The notes under the pieces are model-generated. The model did no database searches. It saw only the letters and a list, made by a program, of their open reading frames with translations, and was not told the origin of the DNA. The translations under genes were made by a program, and so were the position numbers. Shown here piece by piece: positions 35,239 to 46,339 of a stretch of DNA of 64,000 nt. Every line of letters begins with the position of its first letter. Position 1 is the first letter of the stretch. The stretch lies in the NCBI RefSeq assembly GCF_006345805.1, contig NC_043019.1, positions 11,655,360-11,719,359 of the forward strand. The letters run 5' to 3'. The stretch comes from Octopus sinensis. Taxonomy: Eukaryota.

Positions 35239-35665
35239 ATGTCGCTTCTCCCACCACCATTATAGGTGTCTACTCTTCGAACCCCCCTCTTCAATACGCT
35301 ATTTCACCATGCATTACCCCTCTCGTGATATCCTACGTTCTACTTGTCTAGAACCTGTCATCGTTTCTCCGAACACCCCTCCCCACTGGTGCTCCCCTAT
35401 ATTTCTGCACCCTCCCCCCACATAAAAAGCACCATCCAAACGTGGCCGATGCTAGACCCCTCTGGCACCTGTGCAGGTGGCACATAAAAAGCACCCACTA
35501 CACTCGCGGAGTGGTTGGCGTTAGGAAGGGCATCCAGCTGTAGAAACACTGCCAGACCAGACTGGAGCCTGGGGCAGCCCCTGGCTCCCCGGACCCCGGT
35601 CGAAACCATCCAACCCGTGCTAGCGCGGAAAACGGATGTTAAACGATGATGATGATGATGATGAT
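35239..35665 (+). mobile_element. SINE family C with a ~180-bp unique head
   Basis: GGAAGGGCATCC domain and (GAT)n tail; near-identical inverted copy at 63481-63970. Confidence 0.75.
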
Positions 35666-35744
35666 GACGATATATATATATCAAGTGAAAATGGACAAAA
35701 TGGACAAAATCAAAAGCAAACTCGATGAACATTAATGGAATTTG

Positions 35745-36072
35745 TAGTTTTGTGGTACCAGTGCCGGTGGCACATACGAAAACCATCCGAACGTGGCCGT
35801 AGCCAGTACCGCATTGACTGGCCTCCGTGCCGGTGGCACGTAAAAAACACCATCCGAGCGTGGCTGTTCGCCAGCCTCGTCTGGCACCTGTGTCGGTGGC
35901 ACATAAAATCACCCACTACACTCTCGGAGTGGTTGGCGTTAGGAAGGGCATCCAGCTGTAGAAACACTGCCAGATCTGACTGGCCTGGTGGAGCCTTCGG
36001 GCTTCCCAGACCCCAGTTGAACCGTCCAACCCATGCTAGCATGGAAAGCGGACGTTAAATGATGATGATGAT
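35745..36072 (+). mobile_element. SINE family C
   Basis: Internal GTGGCAC..AAAA..CACCATCC repeats and (GAT)n tail; other copies at ~25.1, 29.0, 30.2, 44.0 and 46.2 kb. Confidence 0.75.
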
Positions 36073-36603
36073 GATATATATATTTCATTACACACACACA
36101 CACACACACAACTGAAACACCGTTAAATTAAAATAGCAATCTATGTTTCATTCTTTAGATATATATATACACTGCTAAAAGGCATGATGTTGCAGTTTTT
36201 GTCTGAGAGAAAATCTCTTCCTAGGCCTACTGTGTTAGAAATGCAATATATATCAGAGATAGATGAAAAATTATCCAGGTAGAGATTCATGAGAACCTCA
36301 AATGTATTTCAGCCTCACTAGGCCCTGGCAGTGACATGTACTTGTAAGTCACTTGATCAGGTGAAATCTATCCCTGTTAATTTATAGGAAACAATGAATA
36401 AAATGCTTGCTGACATTGCAAACAGTCAGTGGGCTGAGTAAAAAGTTTGTGTATGCAATTTGAATAGCATTATATTAAAATATACTTTATGTGCATACAA
36501 ACCTCACCATCACTTGATACACTGTTGTTGGTTTGTTTATGTTTCCATAACCCAGCAGTTATTTTGTTGGTCTCTATGGCAAAAGAGACCAACAAAATAA
36601 GTA

Positions 36604-37380
36604 CCGTAAATCCTTGAGTATAATCCGCACTTTTTTCCCAAAAGTTAAAGCTCGAAATCCCTAGTTCGTACTATATACGAGGTTAAACATGAAAAATATT
36701 TTCTAAGCAATGTCCGGGTCTCTATTTGCTGTCTGGCAATGTTTATTCAAATGCATTTTGTGATGTCGGGCACAAAAATACCTTAAGCTAAGCTTGAAAG
36801 CTATAAAGTCATAAAAGAATCATCCATAACTTGCAGTAGGCAACATTTATTACAATAAAAGTATTCAGAACACAGAATAACATGTAACAAAAACAATTTG
36901 CAAACATATTTACATTCCCATATAACAGTTAAGAACATCACCGTTATTGTATTACGCATGCGCAGAAGTGTTTGTTCGACTTGGTGCTACTGGCTTAATT
37001 ACACACAACTCAAGTTAGAGCAGGGGTGAGTATTATACACAAGATCTAGGTTTTTCAGAAGTACAGAGCCCTAAAAATCCCCTTGCGGGGTCACTCCGAA
37101 AAGCTCTATCTGCGACGATTTCATCTCAATTGAAGGAGAGGGGCTTTCTCCGTCCGGGTTACGGATCCATGGAATAAGCTGCCAGATGAGATAGTGAAGA
37201 TGCCAACGACCACTTGGTTCAAAGCCTCTCTTGACCAGAAATGGCCTGAACTCTTTGCATGAACACTCTCCATGTACATAACTCCATGCTCCCCTACATG
37301 GCCTTGCTTTTTGCTTTTTGAGCCAAAAAATTAACTTAACTTAACTTACTCAAGGGCGGACTATACTCAAGGATTTACGG
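36604..37380. mobile_element. Non-autonomous Tc1/mariner-superfamily (pogo/Tc2-like) MITE carrying a CR1 insertion
   Basis: TA|CCGTAAATCCTTGAGTATA...TATACTCAAGGATTTACGG|TA terminal inverted repeats with TA flanks; partial copy at ~50985-51220. Confidence 0.85.
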
Positions 37381-37522
37381 TACTAGGTTCAAAAAACAGT
37401 ACAGGGGTCGATCTGTTCAACTAAACCCTTCAAGGTGATGCTATGGCACGACCACAGTCGAGCGAATGAAACAAACAAAACATAAAAGACAAAACTACTT
37501 TGAAGAAGAGAATCATTCTTAC

Positions 37523-37739
37523 CAAATTGTCTTCTGCTGGTGGGAGGTATTTCTCAGTACTTAGACGAACCAAACCCTCCTTGTAGACAAACACGCGCAA
37601 GGGGTCACAAGTCGTGATCAAGACGTACAGACGCAAGTCAAATTTTACATTGTTGATGAGAAGTGGTTTGTGAACGTATTCCTGTATAATGGCACTCTCC
37701 CCAAAGTGGAGCTTCTCGAGACTGTTACATAAATAAATA
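37523..37739 (-). CDS. TTLL7: TTLL7 coding exon 5 (IYLCNSLEK...IQEYVHKP...KFDLRLYV...GLVRLSTEKY..P...NL)
   Basis: CAG/GTAAGA boundaries; phase 2-0. Confidence 0.93.
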
Positions 37740-38014
37740 CTGAAAAAGAAAATTAAGGGTCAGAAGAAGAAAAAAAAAAAGAAAACATTTTAAAAAAAGC
37801 ATGTCGTTTATGTCCATGCCCCTGCACACAATCTGTCCTCGACAAATTTCTCCCCGCACAACTCTCCTTCCAAACATTCTCCCCCCCCCGGCACTTTACC
37901 TGTAATCACCACCCCAATGCATTCCATTCTATCCCCCTTTTCAATCCCTCCGCTGCTCTCCTGTCACAAAGGTAACTTTGTAAAAAAAAAAAAAAAGAAA
38001 CGAACATTATTGCG

Positions 38015-38705
38015 ATACCACCACCTTCACCACCACCACCACCATAACCATCATCACTATCATGACACATTACAACTACCACCACCACCACCATCACTAC
38101 CATCATCACCACTACCACCTCACCACCACCACCACTACCACCTCACCACCACCACACCACCACCATCACTACCACCACTACCATCATCACCACTACCACC
38201 TCACCACCACCACCACTACCACCTCACCACCACCACCACTACCACCTCACCACCACCACCACCACCATCACTACCACCACTACCATCATCACCACTACCA
38301 CCTCACCACCACCACCACTACCACCTCACCACCACCACCACCACCATCACTACCACCACTACCATCATCACCACTACCATCATCACCACTACCACCTCAC
38401 CACCACCACCACTACCACCTCACCACCACCATCACTACCACCTCACCACCACCACCACCACCATCACTACCACCACTACCATCACCACCACTACCACCAC
38501 CACCACCATCACTACCACCACTACCATCACCACCACTACCACCTCACCACCACCACCACTACCACCTCACCACCACCATCACTACCACCACTACCATCAC
38601 CACCACTACCACCACCACCACCATCACTACCACCACTACCATCACCACCACTACCACCTCACCACCACCACCACCACTACCACCTCACCCCCACCACCAC
38701 CACTC
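38015..38705. repeat. Compound (CAC/CAT/CAC-TAC)n trinucleotide tract
   Basis: Directly visible; similar tracts at 39010-39195 and 41625-42195. Confidence 0.95.
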
Positions 38706-39066
38706 ACCCTGTCTTATCCCCTCATCTACTTCTATTCAACCCCTTATAACTTCAGGGTACACCCTGATACACCTTCACTACCAGCCTCTCTCACTTCTCT
38801 CTCTCTGATCCTCTCTTCTCTCTTCTTTTTCAACTGGGGTAGGTGGGTAGCTACGTATCTCCTTTATGGCAAGACAACTGTTTCTGTTCCTTTATTATAG
38901 GTGCAGGCATGGGTGGTGAGGTGAGAAGCACTTACTTCCTCACCACATGGTTCCAGGTTCAGTCCCACTGCATGATATTTTGGTCAAGTGTCTGCTACTA
39001 AAGTCATGGGCCATCACCATCATCATCATCATCACCACCACCACCATCACCATCACCATCATCACC

Positions 39067-39097
<31 letters not shown>

Positions 39098-39239
39098 CCA
39101 TCACCATCATCATCACCATCACCATCATCATCACCACCATCACCATCACCATCATCATCATCACCACCATCACCATCATCATCATCACCATCAGAGGTGA
39201 TGAATGATAACTTCCAATCACAAAATAATACTGAGAGCA

Positions 39240-39540
39240 GCAGAAATATTGGTTTCAAATTTTAGCACAAGGCCAGCAATGTTGGGGGAGGGAGTAAGTC
39301 AATTACATTGACCCCCAATCCTTAGTTGGTACTTATTTTTTTTTCTTTTCTACTCTAGGCACAAGACCCAAAATTTTGGGGGAGAGGGCCAGTTGATTAG
39401 ATCGACCCCAAGATGCAACTGGTACTTAATTTATCGACCCTGAAAGGATGAAAGGCAAAGGCGACCTCAGTGGAATTTGAACTCAGAATGTAAAGAGGAG
39501 CAAAATGGTGCTAAGCATTTTGTCCAGTGTGCTAATGATT
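39240..39540 (+). mobile_element. SINE family D
   Basis: ATCGACCCC...GAAAGGATGAAAGGCAAAG..GACCTC motif; also at ~23.3, 49.2 and 53.5 kb. Confidence 0.65.
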
Positions 39541-39839
39541 CTACCAGCTCACCATCTTGAGAGAAGCAGAAATATTGCAGGCATGGTTGTGTGGCAAGAA
39601 CTTGGCTCTCCAACCATATGGTTCCGGGTTCAATCCCACAGTGTGCCACTTTGGGCGAGTGTCTTCAACTCTAGCCTTGGGCTCACCAAAATCTTGAGTG
39701 GATTCGGTAGAGGGAAACTGAAAGAAGCCCATCATATATATCTATGTGTGTGTCTGTCTTTGTCCACCCAACGCTGCTTGACAACCAGTGTTGGTGTATT
39801 TATATTTCTGTAACTTAGTGGTTTGGCAAAATCTCTACA

Positions 39840-40395
39840 TTTTTTGTCTTTTCTGTTTATTTGGTGCTGTTTCTGTTTTTATGCTATTTCTGTGTTTTTT
39901 GATACTATGTATATTTTTATGCTATTTCTATTTATCTAAAGTTATTTTTGTTTATTTGGTGCTATTTTCTGTTATTTGGTGCTATTTCTGTTTTTAGGCT
40001 ATTTCTGTGTTTTTTGATACTATGTATATTTTTATGCTATTTCTATTTATCTAAAGTTATTTTTGTTTATTTGGTGCTATTTCTGTTTATTTGGTGCTAT
40101 TTCTGTTTTTAGGCTATTTCTGTGTTTTTTGATACTATGTATATTTTTATGCTATTTCTATTTATCTAAATTATTTTTGTTTATTTGGTGCTATTTCTGT
40201 TTTTTTATACTATGTATATTTTTATGCTATTTTTATTTATCTAAAGTTATTTTTGTTTATTTGGTGCTATTTCTGTTTTTATGCTATTTCTGTGTTTTTT
40301 ATACTATGTATATTTTTATGCTATTTCTATTTATTTGAAGTTACTTTTGTTTATTTGGTGCTATTTCTGTTTATTTGGTGCTGTTTCTGTTTTTT
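39840..40395. repeat. AT-rich ~95-110-bp tandem repeat, about 5 units
   Basis: Repeating TTATTTGGTGCTATTTCTG...GATACTATGTATATTTTTATGCTATTTC. Confidence 0.85.
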
Positions 40396-40498
40396 ATGCT
40401 ATTTCTGGGGTTGATTCATCTGACTAAAATTGTTTAATGCAGAGCCCCAGCATGGCCACAGCCTAATGGGTGAAACAAAATAAAATAGTCCTACTAAC

Positions 40499-40657
40499 CC
40501 ATGTCCTTGAGAGCCATTAAAAGGTTTGGCAATGTAAGTTTGGGTCTCTTGCTTCATCTCATGGCACCGAGGTCTCTGGGAAAGTTCAGAGAATTCAGAT
40601 GGCATCACCCATGTTTTGGGGTGGAAGCTAAATGCATCCCGATACATTTTCTGCATC
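40499..40657 (-). CDS. TTLL7: TTLL7 coding exon 4 (MQKMYRDAFSFHPKTWVMPSE...YIAKPFNGSQGHG)
   Basis: CAG/GTTAGT boundaries; phase 2-2; ATP-grasp xKP..G..G.G motif. Confidence 0.93.
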
Positions 40658-41104
40658 CTGCAAAAGAAAGAAAAAAAAGGGACTTGTCATATTTGGTCTG
40701 TTTACAAGTCACTCTAATTGCGTACTACGTCACCAAAATAGTAAAAGACATCAGAAAAATAGTGGACTACACACTATGTCACCAAATAGTTAAGACATTT
40801 GTGAAGTCTTTTGAGAAAATAGTTGACTTGAACCTCGTGTGTCCAGCTAACATCTAAGTGATAATCTCTATATATATAAATGGCAAAATGTCTGCGTGTG
40901 TGTCCTTTATACAAATCCACAATTTTTCAGTTAGATGGCTCGCACTTTCTATGGTCATTCAAAACCGTCCAAGGGTGGTCGTGCACATATTTACATTTCC
41001 CCAGTCACCCAGCAAAGCCATTAAAAAATCAATAGAAGTGACTTTTTTGTGAATTTTCTATCCAAAACCCAATCAAAATGCTTGAAACTTGATACCATAA
41101 AAAA

Positions 41105-41350
41105 AAAAAGGTAAAGGTTACCTTCCTGAGTCCCGCCAACTCATAAGGGTTGGTTTTCCCCTTTTTCCATGGTGTATAAATTCCCTACCTGGATGGGACG
41201 ACGGTCTATCACCGGATTACTGATTTTTGCTAGCAGAGTGGCCTGGAGCAAAGTGAAGTGAAGTGTTTTGCTCAAGAACACAATGCGTTGCCTGGTCCAG
41301 AAACTGAAACCACAATCTTACTACCCTAGTGACCCTAACCACTAAGCCAT
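41105..41350 (-). mobile_element. tRNA-derived SINE, family E
   Basis: tRNA-like head on minus strand plus TTGAGCAAAACACTT central domain; copies at ~49965-50150 and 62972-63213. Confidence 0.65.
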
Positions 41351-42261
41351 GCACCTCCACATACTGATACCATCCACCACTGTCACTTGGAAGAAGAGCT
41401 AACAACAAAACAGGTTTTCTAGAAGTGCTAGAAATAACAACCAAATCTCCATGATATCACACCGTGCTGTCTTAGAGTGAAAAAAAGAAAAGAAAGAGAA
41501 AAAGGAAGGACACACTGGGTAATGTAGTTCTGAATATGCAAATAGTTGAGATGGTCATGGTTGGAATAGCTTTGATCATAAGTCTGTTTGATGGGAACTA
41601 CCTTGGGCACTAAACACTACCACCACCACTGCTATACCACCACTACCACCACCACCACCATCAGTACTACCACCATCACTGCCTCCACCACCACCACCAC
41701 CACCATCACATTCGCTATCTTATCCCTATCACCACTACCATTACCACCACCATTACCTTCATTACCGCCATAACCACCACCACCACCACTACTACTATTA
41801 CTACCACCAACATAACTATCATCACTACCACAACACACTAACTACCACCACCATCATCATCACCACCACCACTACCACCATCACCACTACCATCATCACC
41901 ACCACTACGACCATCACCACCACCATCATCACTACCACCACCACCATCTCACCACCACCACTACCACCACCACCGTCTCACCAACACCACCACCACCACC
42001 ATCATCACCACCACTACCACTATCACCACCACCATCTTACCATCACCACCACTACCACCACCGTCTCACCACCACCACCACCACCACCACCACCACCATC
42101 ATCACCACCACTACCACCATCACCACCACCACTATCACCATCACCACCACTACTACCACCACCGTCTCACCACCACACCACCACCACCACCACCAGTAAC
42201 AACAGATGTGTCCAAGCACAGCAATAAATGTTGGGCTAGAATGCATAGAGAAGTGACTTAC

Positions 42262-42393
42262 TTGACAAAGTTGCGTGCCAGGTAATCCTTCCTGGTTATT
42301 TTTATCATTCCTGGGAAATGGTTGATTCTTTGGTAGTTCTGTAAGTCTGAAACTTTCTCATTGGACACATAGGCATCACTCCATATAAGGTAA
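42262..42393 (-). CDS. TTLL7: TTLL7 coding exon 3 (YLIWSD...LQNYQRINHFPGM..ITRKDYLARN)
   Basis: AAG/GTAAGT boundaries; phase 2-2; LQNYQRINHFPGM is characteristic of TTLL7. Confidence 0.95.
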
Positions 42394-42661
42394 CTTTGTA
42401 AAAAAAGAAAAAGAAAAGAAACGAACATTATTGTGATACCATCACACAACTGCTATTGTGTGTGTTTTGTAGGTGGTTCAGTTGATATGCAAGAAATAGC
42501 AACCAAACCATACCCTAATATTTTTTAAGAAAATGAAAGCAAGAACATTGGACCACCACTACCACCACCATCATCACCACCACCACCACCACACCTCTGT
42601 GTACCTCAATTACCTTCCTGCAGTCAAGCAGAAAGGATGTGAAAAAAATAGTTTGTCTTAC

Positions 42662-42719
42662 CTGGTAAAATCGTCATCCTCACTGATGGAGAAGTTCAGG
42701 TTATCCAAAACTTTCTTCA
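42662..42719 (-). CDS. TTLL7: TTLL7 coding exon 2 (VKKVLDNLNFSISEDDDFTS)
   Basis: TAG/GTAAGA boundaries; phase 1-2 bridges exons 1 and 3. Confidence 0.85.
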
Positions 42720-43315
42720 CTAGAAAGAAACAAAACATAATTATAAAATTAGTGATCTGTATGCATACTTAAAGCATGTGGGTTCAGTCCCACAGCGTGT
42801 TACCTTGGGCGAGTGCCTTCTACTATTGTCCTTGGCTAACCAAAGCCTTGAGAGTAAATTTGGTAGACTGACTAAAAGAAGCTTGTTGTTTATGTAAATA
42901 TGTGTATGGGTGAGATGAATCTTGTCTGTTTGGCTGCCACTTTTCAATTTCTTCAATTTTTGTTCCAATTGATTTCATATTTTGGTGTATTGGAGTAGTT
43001 GTGTATGGCAGTCATTGACATGAAATTCATTTTCACCATAAATGAATAAATATAAAAAGAGTTAATAGCTTTTGAAAGTTGCAAATTTTGGGTAATTTTA
43101 GCCATTCAAAAGCCACAGACATACCGGTGCCTGTTTCCATAGTAACAAGCCAAGCTATTACCAAGCTGCTTACGCACATGGTCGTTTTTCACTTATTAAA
43201 TGCTTAAATAGCACCAAATAAACAAAAATAAATTCAAATAAATAGAAAGTCAAGCTGTCCAACCCATACCCAGCATGGAAAGTGGACATTAAATGATGAT
43301 GATGATGTATGTATG

Positions 43316-43349
<34 letters not shown>

Positions 43350-43429
43350 TGTATATATGTATGTATGTATGTATGTGTGTATGTATGTGTGTATGTATGT
43401 ATGTATGTATGTATAAATATATGTATATG

Positions 43430-43545
43430 TATAATATTTATAATAACTACTTCGTCTTCAAAGACAACTTCTATCGACAAAAATCGGGGACTGCAATGGG
43501 TATGAAAATGGCCCCCTCCTTTGCTAACCTAGTCATGGGATACTA
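43430..43545 (+). mobile_element. Short Penelope-like RT fragment
   Basis: FVFKDNFYRQKSGTAMGMKMAPSFANLVMGY; duplicate of 46340-46460. Confidence 0.8.
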
Positions 43546-43746
43546 AAAACATACACAGTATCAAAAACACATGAAAATAGCATAAAAACAGAAACAGCAC
43601 GAAATAAACAGAAAAGACAAAAACTAAGGGAGATAAACATCTGTAGAACAAAGGATAGAAATAAGAAGCAGAAGAGAGAGAGAGAGGGGGGAGGAGAGAG
43701 ATTACGGGGTGAGGGTGGAATGCGAGAGAAACCTCAAAGTACTCAC

Positions 43747-43906
43747 CTAATTTAAAACGGGTTCCAGCAATATTTGCTGAAACAGCTCTTTTGTTTTGCT
43801 TTTCTCTTTCTTTGTAATTTTCAGCAGTCACACCATTCATTACAATATCAAAGCACTCATTACCTGTAGCTTTTTCAATAGACATGGTCAGGTAGACAGG
43901 CATCAT
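43747..43906 (-). CDS. TTLL7: TTLL7 coding exon 1 (..KQNKRAVSANIAGTRFKL); start codon uncertain (43906, 43903, 43885 or 43840)
   Basis: SANIAGTRF resembles TANVAGTKF; GTGAGT donor; candidate acceptor at 43947 implies an upstream UTR exon. Confidence 0.75.
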
Positions 43907-44679
43907 TGACAGTTTAACTGGGGCTAGCCATATACTCAATGACGACCTGTAAACATAATGTCATTAAGGAATTATAGATTTATAGAATTATAGTACTCAA
44001 TTATAGATTTATAGAATTATAGAAATCGAAATCGAATTGAACCAGCCAGGATCCCTGGTCTGGTGGCACGTAAAATACACCAATCCGACCGTGGCCGTTG
44101 CCAGCCTCGCCTGGCACCTGTGCAGGTGGCACGTAAAAAGCACCCACTACACTCACGGAGTGGTTGGCGTTAGGAAGGGCATCCAGCTGTAGAAACATTG
44201 CCAGATAAGACTGGAGCCTGGTGCAGCCTTCTGGCTTCCCAGATCCCCGGTCGAACCGTCCAACCCATGCTAGCATGGAGAACGGACGTTAAACGATGAT
44301 GATGATGATAGATGCACTGGTGGTGGCTGTATGGTTATATATATGGTTTATTTTCTGGACTACGTGGTTGTTCTGAGATCAGTGTCACTGTGTGGAGCCT
44401 TGAGAAAGTGTCTTCTACCATAGTTCCTGACTGCCCAATATCTGGTGAAGGGGTCTGGTTGATGGAAACTAACAATTTATATTAATGTTTTTTAATAACT
44501 ACTTGTATTCTTATCTTAAATATATTGAATTTTATACTGTATATATGTATGTTATTATGGTTGTAGTTTTGATAATTGAATAAGGCAACATTCTAATATC
44601 CTAAAGCTGATAAACCAACTAATGTGTTTCTCCATTTTCTTATTTGTAATAAATATATATATATATACATATACTCTAA

Positions 44680-44873
44680 CTCTTTACTCTTTTACTAGTT
44701 TCAGTCATTTGACTGTGGCCATGCTGGAGCATCACCTTTAGCCGAGCAAATCGACCCCAGGACTTATTCTTTGGAAGCCTAGAACTTATTCTATCAGTCT
44801 CTTTTGCCGAACCACTAAGTTACGGGGACGTAAACACACCAGCATCGGTTGTCAAGCAATGTTGGGGGGACAA

Positions 44874-44908
<35 letters not shown>

Positions 44909-45072
44909 CAGCAGGCTTCTTTCAGTTTCCACCTACCACATCCACTCACAAGGCTTTGGTTGGCCTGAGCTTATAGCAGAAAACACTTGCACAAGGTGCC
45001 ACGCAGTGGGACTGAACCCAGAACCATGTAGTTCGTAAGCAAGCTACTTACCACACAGCCACTCCTACGCCT
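44680..45072 (-). mobile_element. tRNA-derived SINE, family A
   Basis: Reverse-complement full-length copy. Confidence 0.8.
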
Positions 45073-45508
45073 ATATTATATTATAATTCTAATATATATT
45101 TATATATATATATATATATACTTCTAATATAAGGATAAGATTTTATAAGTAGCTAGCATATGAAAAATACCTTTTAAAGTGAAAATTATAAATACAATTA
45201 TAAATAAGGGCAAAAAGAAAAAGTTTTCTTTGCCAATATGCTGAAAAACAGACACTAAATCATCTAACCACATTTTCAGCATATTGGCACAGAGAATTTT
45301 TTTCTTTTTGCCCTTATATATATATATAAATATAGGTATAAAAATTATATGGTACGAACACGGAAAACAGACGGGTCATTCGAAGCCTTTAATCTTCAGT
45401 CAGAAACCGGATCATCATAGCAAATTTCGGCTGATACCGGAGTAAACACATAAATGTGAAACAAGGTGGAAAAAAAGAGTACTCAAATACCAGTGGTAGA
45501 GTAATATG

Positions 45509-45666
45509 CTTTATTTAAAGCAGCAGAAAATTCAACAAAACCTGTTACTCTGAGTTTCCCGTTGCCGTTCATAGGACAGTTTTTTCTAGCAAAAACTGTC
45601 CGATGAACGGCAACGGGAAACTCAGAGTAACAGGTTTTGTTGAATTTTCTGCTGCTTTAAATAAAG
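45509..45666. repeat. Near-perfect 158-bp palindrome (76-bp arms, 6-nt loop, one mismatch)
   Basis: Arms 45509-45584 and 45591-45666; the only mismatch is A45573/G45602. Confidence 0.95.
45590..45639 (+). ncRNA. Minimal type I hammerhead-like motif, core CCGAUGA
   Basis: Stem I 9/10 paired (CAAAAACUGU/ACAGGUUUUG); stem II CG-GCAA-CG; GAAA; helix III ACUC-A-GAGU; GUA cleavage triplet. Activity untested. Confidence 0.6.
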
Positions 45667-45669
45667 TAT

Positions 45670-45731
<62 letters not shown>

Positions 45732-46339
45732 ATACATACATACATACAAACATATATATATATACACAAAAATTTTATAATTATGAGTATAATTATAATT
45801 AGGGTTCAGCAAAAATTTGCTTCACCACATACCGAAATTTAGAAATAGCAGTTAAAAACTACTATTCTACTACCATAAGAAAATCTCCCAGACAGCAATA
45901 CTCTACAACTCACACAGGTAAAGAGAAAAAAAATAACGAATCTACCGGGCTCTGAACCCTAATTATAATTGTACTCATAATTATAGAATTTTTGTAAGTC
46001 TACCGATATTGGTTCTTTTAACATACCAAACTACTTGGTAAAATTATTAATTAATTAATTTTACCCTTTATTATTATTGATATATATATATATAATATAT
46101 ATATGATAGCATGATCTTCAAATGTTGGGGCTCAAATGTAGTCGTGGCATGTAACTGGCATGTAAAATAATTGTTGGCGTTAGGAAGGGCATCCAGCTGC
46201 AGAAACCATGCCAAATCAGACTGGAACCTGATGTAGCCCTCCAGCTCACCAGTTCTAGTCAAGCTGTCCAACCCATGCCCAGCATGGAAAGTGGACATTA
46301 ATGATGATGATGATGTATGTACGTATGTATAAATATATG

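Noticed and set aside
37917-39258. Pro/His/Thr-rich, poly-His and Asp/Gly-rich ORFs
   Set aside because: Translations of intronic trinucleotide repeats.
45375-45410. Minus-strand CTGAAGA...CGAA hammerhead-like fragment
   Set aside because: Stem II does not pair and GAAA is broken.
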